From: a virus
Lineage: Duplodnaviria; Caudoviricetes
Virus record (IMG/VR): IMGVR_UViG_3300011335_000402
Location: 1 to 61,446 of that record
Strand: one strand, 5' to 3'
DNA length: 61,446 nucleotides
Every line of letters begins with the position of its first letter. The first letter of the stretch is position 1. Both the position numbers and the translations under genes were made by a program. Under the pieces are notes generated by a model. The model ran no database searches. It was not told the origin of the DNA and saw only the letters and a list, made by a program, of their open reading frames with translations. This document shows positions 27,810 through 35,856 of this stretch, one piece after another.

Positions 27810-28051
27810 AGGTCGTCCTTAACCCGAAGCACTTCCACATACGCGCAAAGGCAGAGGACGGTACCTTGTGGCTTACCCATGAGAAATACCGCGAGCCGGT
27901 CCGGCCTGTGAAGGATGTCACCAACGACATCCTCCTCTGCCTTTGCGCCGATATGTCGGCGGAGGACGCGACCCAGAAGGTCGAGCGTAGCATAAAATTC
28001 AGTGACGGCATGGAGTGCCGCATCACTGTGGAGATGGTGAAAAGTGGGTAA
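27806..28051 (+). CDS. Hypothetical protein
   Basis: 81-aa coupled ORF. Confidence 0.6.
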   Translation: MKVVLNPKHFHIRAKAEDGTLWLTHEKYREPVRPVKDVTNDILLCLCADMSAEDATQKVERSIKFSDGMECRITVEMVKSG

Positions 28052-28418
28052 CCCAGTTTCAGGCGGTAGCAACGACTACTACAAGGTGCGTATCGGTAAC
28101 CCCACCAGTGGGGGAGACGCCTATACCGCCGAGTGCAACGACATCATCGAGGCACTGGGCATGAACTACGCCGAGGGCAATGCGTTCAAGGCGGTTTGGC
28201 GGCGCGCTGCCCTACGACAGGGTGGCGGAAAGCCCGGTTCTACGCTACTCTACGAGTCGGAAAAGATAGAGTTTTTTGGGGCACGACTCGTCGCCCAAGC
28301 AGGAGGAGCAGGAAATGACCGCATGGTCCTACAGCAGCATCAAGACGTTCGATCAGTGCCCGAAGAAGTACTTCCATCTCAAGGTTGCGAAGGATGTGAA
28401 GGACACGCAGGGACCTGA
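28044..28418 (+). CDS. DUF3310/SaV-like protein
   Basis: GGSNDYY...ECNDIIEALGMNYAEGNAFKAVWR. Confidence 0.6.
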   Translation: MGNPVSGGSNDYYKVRIGNPTSGGDAYTAECNDIIEALGMNYAEGNAFKAVWRRAALRQGGGKPGSTLLYESEKIEFFGARLVAQAGGAGNDRMVLQQHQDVRSVPEEVLPSQGCEGCEGHAGT

Positions 28419-28986
28419 GGCCGCATATGGCGAGGCGGTCCACAAAGCTGCCGAAGACTATGTGACGGACGGCACCCCTATCCCTGAGAAGTTCGCCTAC
28501 ATGCGCCCCATCGTGGAGCCGCTGGCCCGCAAGCACGGCGACAAGTTTGCTGAGTTGAAGCTGGGACTGCGTAAGCAGGGGGAAGAGTTCGAGGCGTGCG
28601 ACTTCTTCGACGAGGACGTCTGGTATCGGGGTATCGTCGATCTGCTCATCCTCGACGGCGACCGTGCGTGGATGGTGGACTATAAGACCGGCAAGAACGC
28701 CAAGTATGCTGACATGAAACAGCTTGACCTAATGGCTGGCGCGCTGTTCGTCCGCTTCCCGGACCTCAAGACCATCAAGTCGGGGTTGGCCTATGTTGTC
28801 AGCAACGAGTTCCCACAGAAGATACACCACCGCCAGCACCTACGCACGTACCTGTCGGTGTTCGACGCCCAGTTGGACCGCTTGGACGCCGCCTTGGAAA
28901 ATGGTATATGGAACCCGGTGTCTTCTGGGTTGTGCCCATGGTGCCCTGTGACCAACTGTGAGAATTGGCGACCGAGGAGGAAGTGA
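28315..28986 (+). CDS. PD-(D/E)XK exonuclease (RecB/Cas4-like)
   Basis: WSYSS...CP, G..VH, GIVDL, VDYKTG, Q, C-terminal CPWCP..C. Confidence 0.9.
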   Translation: MTAWSYSSIKTFDQCPKKYFHLKVAKDVKDTQGPEAAYGEAVHKAAEDYVTDGTPIPEKFAYMRPIVEPLARKHGDKFAELKLGLRKQGEEFEACDFFDEDVWYRGIVDLLILDGDRAWMVDYKTGKNAKYADMKQLDLMAGALFVRFPDLKTIKSGLAYVVSNEFPQKIHHRQHLRTYLSVFDAQLDRLDAALENGIWNPVSSGLCPWCPVTNCENWRPRRK

Positions 28987-29267
28987 TGGCGAGGGACTAC
29001 AAAGCTGAATATGAGGCGTATCACTCGCGCCCCGAGCAGAAGAAGAACCGAGCCGCGCGTAACGCTGCCCGCGCCAAGATGGCCAAGGCCGGAAAGGTCA
29101 AGAAGGGTGACGGTAAGGACGTCGCCCACGTCAAAGCGTTCGACAAGGGCGGAAGCAATGGTGACGGCCTGCGGGTCGAGAGCCGGTCGGCCAACCGCTC
29201 ATTCAAGCGCGACCGCAAGGGCAACCTCGTGTCAGAAGCCAGTGCGCGGGAACGGAAGAAGAAGTGA
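28986..29267 (+). CDS. Small HNH-like endonuclease
   Basis: RAARNAAR...KGDGKDVAH...GGSN..LRV.SRSANRS. Confidence 0.7.
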   Translation: MARDYKAEYEAYHSRPEQKKNRAARNAARAKMAKAGKVKKGDGKDVAHVKAFDKGGSNGDGLRVESRSANRSFKRDRKGNLVSEASARERKKK

Positions 29268-29443
29268 TGCAGGTCGGAGATCAAGTTCAAAAGGTAAAGG
29301 GGTACCGGTGGCCCGGTGTGGTTGTCGCCCTTTTCCGTACGACAGCAGGTGCAGAGCGTGTCGTGGTTGAGTGTACCGTACCGGAAGTCGCCGGGGCGCT
29401 GCACATCTACAATCTCGACCAGTTGGAGAAGGTAGCGCCATAG
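29267..29443 (+). CDS. DfrB/R67 DHFR-like SH3-fold protein (58 aa, absent from ORF track)
   Basis: MQVGDQVQKVKGYRWPGVVV...T...VVE...GALHIY...LE aligns by eye with the R67 core; TGATG coupling. Confidence 0.6.
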   Translation: MQVGDQVQKVKGYRWPGVVVALFRTTAGAERVVVECTVPEVAGALHIYNLDQLEKVAP

Positions 29444-29480
29444 CGCACCGGACAAAGTAGTACGCAAGCAGGAGCAAACT

Positions 29481-31025
29481 GTGCAAGTTATCAACAATAA
29501 GGCCCTGCTCCTCAGGGCCGACGACCCATCGACCATCACCTCACGCATCATGAACAGCGCCGACACCGCCGAGGGCGTGGTTGTCAAATGGGGACACAGA
29601 GAGGCCGAGACGCTGGCGTTATTGGGGTATACCGACACCCCATCGCCTATACTCAAGTCCTACCACTGGACAGGTAAGCTGACGCCGTTCGACCATCAGA
29701 AGACCACCGCGTCCTTCCTCTCCATCCGCAAGCGCGCCTTCTGCTTCAACGAGCAGGGTACCGGCAAGACGGCCAGTGTCATCTGGGCGGCGGACTACCT
29801 CATGAAGCGCGGGCTGGTGAGGCGCGTGTTGGTGCTGTGCCCCCTGTCGATCATGAAGTCGGCGTGGCAGCAGGACCTATTCAAGTTCGCCATGCACCGC
29901 TCGTGTAGCGTGGCGCATGGGTCAGCCAAGCAGCGCGAGAAAATCCTCGACGCTGGGGCCGACTTCGTCGTCATCAATTTCGACGGCTTGGCAACGGTCA
30001 AGGACAAGATCATGTCGGGTGGGTTTGACCTGATCGTGATCGACGAGGCCAATGCCTACAAGAACGCGCAGACCAACCGCTGGAGGGTGCTCAACCATAT
30101 CGTCAAGGCAACAGAACCTCGCCTGTGGATGCTCACTGGTACGCCCGCCGCGCAGTCGCCGCTCGATGCCTATGGTCTCGCCAAGCTGGCAGACTCGCCG
30201 GGATGCCCCAAATATTATGGCTCCTACCGTGACAGCGTTATGCACAAGGTGACCCGCTTCAAATGGGCGGCGCGTCCCGGCGCGCAGGAGATCGTGCATC
30301 GCATCCTGCAACCTGCCATCCGGTTCGAGAAGAAGGACTGCCTTGACCTACCAGAGGTTACTCATACTGAGCGAGAGGCACCGCTCACGCCCCAGCAGCG
30401 CAAGTTCTACAACCAGTTGAGGAGCCAGATGCTCATCGAGGCAGCGGGCGAGGAGGTCAGTGCGGTCAACGCTGCGGCTAAGGTCAACAAGCTGCTCCAG
30501 ATCAGCGGAGGCGCGGTCTACACGGACGATGGCTCGGTGTTGGAGTTCGACATCTCCAACCGCCTCAACGTGGTGCTAGAGGTGATCGAGGAGGCCAGCA
30601 ACAAGGTGCTGGTGTTCGTGCCCTTCACCCACACCATCGACCTGCTTCGCGCACGGCTGGAGAAGGAAGGCGTCTCGTGTGACGTCATCAACGGCTCCGT
30701 GCCGGTCAACCGGCGCAGCGACATCGTCAATCACTTCCAGACCCGCAAGGACCCGCACGTGCTGCTCATTCAGCCACAGGCGGCTTCTCATGGGCTTACC
30801 CTGACGGCAGCAGACACAATCATCTGGTATGCCCCGGTCACCAGTGTGGAGACCTACCTACAGGCCAACGCCCGCATCGACCGTCCGGGTCAGAAGAACG
30901 CCATGACCGTGGTGCATATCAAGGGCAGCGAGGTGGAGGAGCGCCTCTACAATATGCTGCAAGGCAACATCAACAATCACATGAAAATCATCGACCTCTA
31001 CAGACAGGAACTTGACACTGTATAG
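29481..31025 (+). CDS. SNF2-family helicase
   Basis: EQGTGKT, DEAN, LTGTP, HGLTLT, QANARIDRPGQ. Confidence 0.92.
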   Translation: MQVINNKALLLRADDPSTITSRIMNSADTAEGVVVKWGHREAETLALLGYTDTPSPILKSYHWTGKLTPFDHQKTTASFLSIRKRAFCFNEQGTGKTASVIWAADYLMKRGLVRRVLVLCPLSIMKSAWQQDLFKFAMHRSCSVAHGSAKQREKILDAGADFVVINFDGLATVKDKIMSGGFDLIVIDEANAYKNAQTNRWRVLNHIVKATEPRLWMLTGTPAAQSPLDAYGLAKLADSPGCPKYYGSYRDSVMHKVTRFKWAARPGAQEIVHRILQPAIRFEKKDCLDLPEVTHTEREAPLTPQQRKFYNQLRSQMLIEAAGEEVSAVNAAAKVNKLLQISGGAVYTDDGSVLEFDISNRLNVVLEVIEEASNKVLVFVPFTHTIDLLRARLEKEGVSCDVINGSVPVNRRSDIVNHFQTRKDPHVLLIQPQAASHGLTLTAADTIIWYAPVTSVETYLQANARIDRPGQKNAMTVVHIKGSEVEERLYNMLQGNINNHMKIIDLYRQELDTV

Positions 31026-31040
31026 GCTATGAGGTATAGA
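31012..31040 (+). promoter_or_regulatory. Sigma70-like promoter of the second replication operon
   Basis: TTGACA-17 bp-TATAGA. Confidence 0.7.
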
Positions 31041-31068
31041 GGGGTTACCACAAAACAAGGAGCAACTA

Positions 31069-31473
31069 ATGACGGAAAAAATACCCATAAACGACGTCGT
31101 CGCCGCGTACCGCAAGGTGCGCGATGCGGTGGCCGAGGCGGAAGCCGCCCACGAGAAGGAGATGGCGGCGCTCAAGGAGCAGATGGACATCCTCTCCGCA
31201 GAGCTTCTGAACTTCTGCAACGAGCAGAACCTCGACAGCGTCCGCACCCCTGCGGGGACCATCTCACGGCGCGTCCAGACCCGTTACTGGACGACCGATT
31301 GGGAGTCCATGTACCAGTTCGTTCTGGAGCATGAAGCGCCCTTCGTTTTGGAGCGGCGCATCCACAACGGCAACCTCAAGCAGTTTCTGGAGGACCACCC
31401 GGACGTCCTCCCGGTCGGCCTACAGGTCGATAACAAGTACACAATCACTGTCCGCAAACCTACCGAGAAGTGA
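31069..31473 (+). CDS. Conserved replication-module protein (coiled coil)
   Basis: SVRTPAGT...DWES...LERRI...LP.GL pattern. Confidence 0.75.
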   Translation: MTEKIPINDVVAAYRKVRDAVAEAEAAHEKEMAALKEQMDILSAELLNFCNEQNLDSVRTPAGTISRRVQTRYWTTDWESMYQFVLEHEAPFVLERRIHNGNLKQFLEDHPDVLPVGLQVDNKYTITVRKPTEK

Positions 31474-31481
31474 GTTTCCCA

Positions 31482-32429
31482 ATGAGCAACATTACCATTT
31501 TCGAAGAAGCCTCCAACGTGCCCACGGTGCGCCGTCAGTCGCGCCACATGGACAAGATGGGGAGCGGCACCACCCTGCGCCGCATCCAGACCAACACCAA
31601 CGGCACCTTCAAGCGTGTCATCGGTGGTGAGCAGATCGGTAAGGCTGTCCCGCATGAAGTCGATGTCATCATCGTCGATTGGTTGAAGGATGTGTCGCGG
31701 CAGTTCTATGCCAGCGCCTACGACCCTAATGCTAAGGCAACGCTGCCTGACTGCTGGTCGGCACTGGGTGACAAACCCGACGCCAAGGTTAAGTCTCCGC
31801 CGTCCTCTTCCTGCGCTGCCTGCCCCAACAACGTCGAGGGTTCGGGGGACAAGGGTAAGGGCAAGGCATGTCGCTACCAGCGCCGCGTGGCGGTCCTGAT
31901 CGCGGGCGACCCATCTGGTGAGGTCTACCAGATGAACTTCGCGGCTACGACGCTGTTCGGTAAGGGCGTTGGTAACGTCCATCCGTTCGAGAGCTACAAG
32001 AACTTCCTGCGCTCCAGCGGTGAGGGTCTCGACACTGTCGTCACTCGCGTGATGTACGATCTCGAAGCCGACACCATGAAGTTGAAGTTCAAGCCGATTC
32101 GTCACCTCACCGAGGTCGAAGCCGGACTGGTGGACGCCGCACAGGACAACCCGGAGACCCAGCGGTATATCCAGTTGACGGTTGCCGAGGTCGATGGCGC
32201 AACGCACACAGCGAACCCGGTAGCTACCACGCCGAAGGTCATTGAAGCCCCGGCCAAGCCCGCTGGTAACCCGTTCGCGGACGATGACGAAGACGAGGAC
32301 GACGCTCCGGCGGAACCGGTCAAGCGCGCCAGTAAGAAGAGCAACACTGCGGTCGCTCCGTCCACTGAGGCGAAGCCGGGACTCCAGTCAGTTCTCAATA
32401 ACTGGCTCGACGAAGACGACGAAGGTTAA
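31482..32429 (+). CDS. Putative ssDNA-binding/annealing protein
   Basis: Cys cluster (PDCWS, CAACP, KAC), acidic flexible tail ending WLDEDDEG; replication context. Confidence 0.6.
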   Translation: MSNITIFEEASNVPTVRRQSRHMDKMGSGTTLRRIQTNTNGTFKRVIGGEQIGKAVPHEVDVIIVDWLKDVSRQFYASAYDPNAKATLPDCWSALGDKPDAKVKSPPSSSCAACPNNVEGSGDKGKGKACRYQRRVAVLIAGDPSGEVYQMNFAATTLFGKGVGNVHPFESYKNFLRSSGEGLDTVVTRVMYDLEADTMKLKFKPIRHLTEVEAGLVDAAQDNPETQRYIQLTVAEVDGATHTANPVATTPKVIEAPAKPAGNPFADDDEDEDDAPAEPVKRASKKSNTAVAPSTEAKPGLQSVLNNWLDEDDEG

Positions 32430-32431
32430 TC

Positions 32432-32659
32432 ATGCACGGTTATAGCCTCCGTATGGCCAAGGGGATTGAGCAGGCGGACGAGCGCCTGCTTGGGGTGCAA
32501 CTCGGGCGAGTCTGTCTCGCCCGAGACATCCCTGTAGCCGAGGTCGCCCGACATTTTGGGGTAAGCCGACAAGCTGTTTACAACTGGTTCCTCGGGGAGA
32601 GCAGCCCGAGGGAGAGCCTAGGCCCGCAGATACGCGAGTATATGGTTCAACTGGGTTGA
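32432..32659 (+). CDS. HTH DNA-binding protein
   Basis: VAEVARHFGVSRQAVYNWFLG. Confidence 0.85.
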   Translation: MHGYSLRMAKGIEQADERLLGVQLGRVCLARDIPVAEVARHFGVSRQAVYNWFLGESSPRESLGPQIREYMVQLG

Positions 32660-32700
32660 GCCTCCAGCAAAGGTAAACGATAAGCGGGGGTTTCCCCGCA

Positions 32701-35586
32701 ATGGTGAGTGATGCAATGCAGCAACCCGACCTCCTAAGCCTTGTGCAACCAGACGATGGCTGGTTCGCAATCACAGGCATCAAGGGGTCCGGGAAGGACG
32801 CGAACGTGCGACAGGCACTTGTGGCTACCCGCGAAGAGGCAGACGACCTCATCGCGCAGTATGCCGCTGCCGAGCGCAACGTATTTTTTGGGGTGGCCAA
32901 ATACTCTACAGGTGCCAACCGCACGAAGGAGAACGTGAAGGCGCTCAAAGCCTTCTGGCTCGACATCGACTGCGGCCCCGGCAAATCCGCGATCAACCCG
33001 GACACTAAACGTCCTGACGGCTATCCAGATCAGGCCGCTGGTCTCTCCGCCCTCCGCGACTTCTGTAGCGCGGTCGGGCTTCCAACACCTACGCTGGTAA
33101 GTTCCGGTGGAGGTATCCATGCTTACTGGCCTCTGACCGAGGCCGTGTCGCGCCGCGAGTGGGAGACCGTCGCCGAACGCCTCAAAGAGGTGTGCCGGTC
33201 GTTGGACTTCTTCGTGGACGACAAGGTATTCGAGGTGGCGCGCATTCTGCGTGTGCCCGGAACCTTCAACTATAAGGGTGATACACCGCGCCCCGTGGAG
33301 CTACTCCACGTCGGCAAACCCATACCAGTGCAGGAGGTACGCTCGATCTTGGGGGTCAAAGCCCAGCCCGAGCAGAGCATCTTCGATGATGGCTACCAAG
33401 TGTCACCCCGCCAGCAGGCGCTCCTTGGGGGTATCGGCTACAGCTTCAAGCGCATCATGCGGCGTACGCTCAATGGGGACGGGTGCAACCAGATCATGCA
33501 CGCCTACACCAACCGGGCGACCCTCAGCTACTACGAGTGGTTCTTTGCCTTCTCGGTAGCTGCCATGTGCGAAGACGCGGATAAGGCGGTACATATCCTC
33601 TCGGAGGGGCACCCCGACTACGACCCGGATACGATCACTAGGAAGGCAGCCACGGTCAAAAAATCGACTAGCTGCGCCAAGTTCAAAGGCAACAATGCGG
33701 CCCTGTGTGAAGGGTGCCCGCATTTTGGTAAAATCCTCGGCCCGAAAGAGTTGGGCAAAGAGGTGCGTGAGGGCAGTAATGAGCGTACACTAATACCCGA
33801 TACTTCTGCCCCTAACGAAGCAGGTGTAGAGGAACCCCCTACTACGGTTGTGATACCCAAGTTCCCCTTCCCATTTTACCGGGGTGAGGGCGGCGGTATC
33901 TGGCGTAGGCCACCCAAGGACGAGCCAGAGGCGGACCCCATCTGGGTGTATGAGCACGACCTTTATGTCGTGAAGCGAATGAACGACACCACCGATGGTG
34001 ACGTGGTGCTCTTCCGGCTGCACCTGCCCTGTGACCCCATGAAGGAGTTCACAGTGCCCTTATATAAGGTCACCCAGAAGGACGAGTTGCGCAAGGCGCT
34101 CGCCGCGCAGGGGGTAATTAGCGCCGGAAAGAAGTTCGAACTCCTCATGGATTTCGTTCTGGCATCCACGAAAGAAATCCAATTCCACGAAAAGGCAGAG
34201 ATCATGAGACAACAATTTGGATGGGTGGACGGCAACAGCCGGTTCGTCCTCGGAGATCAGGAAATCACCGTCAGCGGTAACGTCTACTCTCCTCCCTCTA
34301 AGGCCACGAGTAAGCTGGCCAAATTCATCGGGCCGGTCGGCTCGTTCGAGGAGTGGAAGAACGTCTGGTCGCTGTTCGGTGCCGAAGGGATGGAAGGTCA
34401 GGCATTCGCCGCCTTGAGCGCGTTCGGTTCGCCCCTGCTCAAATTCCTCAACCAGACCGGTGCGGTCATCAACCTGTTCAACTCCCGGTCCGGGACCGGT
34501 AAGACCACCATCCTCAACATGGTGAACAGCGTCTATGGCCACCCGAAGGAACTGCGGCTCAAGGAGATCGACACCATCAACGGTAAGCTCCAGTGGGTCG
34601 GCGTCCTCAACAACCTGCCCGCCACCATGGACGAACTGACCAACGCGACCCCCAAGGACTACTCCGACTTCCTCTACTCCCTGTCCAACGGGAAGGGGAA
34701 AGAGCGCATGATGGCCGGGTCCAACGAGTTGCGCGAGAACAACACCACATGGCAGAATATCACGGTATCCACGTCGAACTCATCGTTCGTCGAGAAGCTG
34801 TCAGTGTTGAAGAACAACCCAGAAGGCGAGTTGATGCGCCTGATCGAGTACCCCATCGGGCTGGTCGATTCGATCAACACCGCTGAGGCCAAGAACCTCT
34901 TCGACACCGTGCTGTTCAGCAACTATGGCCATGCAGGCCCCATCTTCCTACGCTACATCATCGCCAATATGGAGCAGGTGCTGCTCAAGGTGCGTGCGAT
35001 GCAGGCCAAGATCGACCGGGAGCTTCAACTCCTCCCCAAGGAGCGTTTCTGGTCATCGACCGTCGCGAGCAACATCGTCGGCGGCTTGATCGCCAAGCAG
35101 TGCGGCCTGATCGACTGGGATATGGACCGCATCTATAACTGGGCCTGCGGGTTGGTCGAGCGGCTGCGGCAGGACACGACCGCGCCGCTGGACGATGTGG
35201 AGCAGGTCGTCGGCGACTACCTCTATCGGCATGTCCAGAACATCCTCGTGGTTGACGACTTGGCGGACCGGCGCACCAACATGCCTGCCCTGCCGAAGCG
35301 CGAACCAAAGGGTGAGTTGCTCATCCGCATCGAGCCGGACACGCGGATGATGTTCATGATCGCCAAGCCGTTCAAGGAGTACTGCGTTAAGTACCAGATC
35401 AACTACGGCGAGACCCTGCGCAAGCTGGAGGAGACGGGGCGACTCGTGGGTCGCGGTGGCAAGCGTATATCCAAGGGGATGGCGGTCTCTGGCGACAATA
35501 TCCACTGCCTCTGGTTCAAGCTGACGGACGATTTCGTCAACACCGACGATTATGTGAAACCAGAAGAAACTGCCGATGGTGATTGA
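32701..35586 (+). CDS. Primase-helicase (RepB-type primase, DUF927, P-loop helicase)
   Basis: WLDID, SGGGIHAYW, RILRVPGTFN, Cys cluster, QFGW, SGTGKTT, MDE. Confidence 0.88.
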   Translation: MVSDAMQQPDLLSLVQPDDGWFAITGIKGSGKDANVRQALVATREEADDLIAQYAAAERNVFFGVAKYSTGANRTKENVKALKAFWLDIDCGPGKSAINPDTKRPDGYPDQAAGLSALRDFCSAVGLPTPTLVSSGGGIHAYWPLTEAVSRREWETVAERLKEVCRSLDFFVDDKVFEVARILRVPGTFNYKGDTPRPVELLHVGKPIPVQEVRSILGVKAQPEQSIFDDGYQVSPRQQALLGGIGYSFKRIMRRTLNGDGCNQIMHAYTNRATLSYYEWFFAFSVAAMCEDADKAVHILSEGHPDYDPDTITRKAATVKKSTSCAKFKGNNAALCEGCPHFGKILGPKELGKEVREGSNERTLIPDTSAPNEAGVEEPPTTVVIPKFPFPFYRGEGGGIWRRPPKDEPEADPIWVYEHDLYVVKRMNDTTDGDVVLFRLHLPCDPMKEFTVPLYKVTQKDELRKALAAQGVISAGKKFELLMDFVLASTKEIQFHEKAEIMRQQFGWVDGNSRFVLGDQEITVSGNVYSPPSKATSKLAKFIGPVGSFEEWKNVWSLFGAEGMEGQAFAALSAFGSPLLKFLNQTGAVINLFNSRSGTGKTTILNMVNSVYGHPKELRLKEIDTINGKLQWVGVLNNLPATMDELTNATPKDYSDFLYSLSNGKGKERMMAGSNELRENNTTWQNITVSTSNSSFVEKLSVLKNNPEGELMRLIEYPIGLVDSINTAEAKNLFDTVLFSNYGHAGPIFLRYIIANMEQVLLKVRAMQAKIDRELQLLPKERFWSSTVASNIVGGLIAKQCGLIDWDMDRIYNWACGLVERLRQDTTAPLDDVEQVVGDYLYRHVQNILVVDDLADRRTNMPALPKREPKGELLIRIEPDTRMMFMIAKPFKEYCVKYQINYGETLRKLEETGRLVGRGGKRISKGMAVSGDNIHCLWFKLTDDFVNTDDYVKPEETADGD

Positions 35587-35770
35587 GGGCGTCACCTATG
35601 AGGTGAACTGGCGTGCCTTCCGAAAAGGCACGTCGCTCTTCTTCCCCTGCCTCGACTACCCCCGCGCCCGAGCACAACTGGTTGTGGTCACCAAGCGGCT
35701 AAGACTCAAGGTGTTGGTCAAGCCCACCATCGAACAGGGGATTAGGGGTTTACGCGTTTGGCGAATGTGA
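35576..35770 (+). CDS. Small hypothetical protein
   Basis: GTSLFFPC...GLRVWR; last plus-strand gene. Confidence 0.7.
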   Translation: MVIEGVTYEVNWRAFRKGTSLFFPCLDYPRARAQLVVVTKRLRLKVLVKPTIEQGIRGLRVWRM

Positions 35771-35777
35771 GTATAGG
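35749..35777 (+). promoter_or_regulatory. Putative promoter for the candidate sRNA
   Basis: TTTACG-17 bp-TATAGG with no downstream ORF before the terminator. Confidence 0.55.
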
Positions 35778-35783
35778 GGACCC

Positions 35784-35856
35784 CGGAAGTTTGCTCCTTC
35801 CTTGTGGTAATCACTCCCATAACCCCCCAGTCGGACCCGTCCGGCTGGGGGTTTTT
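35784..35856 (+). ncRNA. Candidate anti-RBS small RNA
   Basis: Hairpin GGAAG-TTTGCTC-CTTCC; GTTTGCTCCTTCCTTGTGGTAA is complementary to the leaders of many plus-strand genes. Confidence 0.6.
35821..35856 (+). terminator. Rho-independent terminator at the convergence of the two transcription blocks
   Basis: CCCCCAGTCGGA...TCCGGCTGGGGG-TTTTT. Confidence 0.85.

Noticed and set aside
28315-28986. cas4 of a CRISPR system
   Set aside because: Stand-alone PD-(D/E)XK nuclease in a replication module, common in phages
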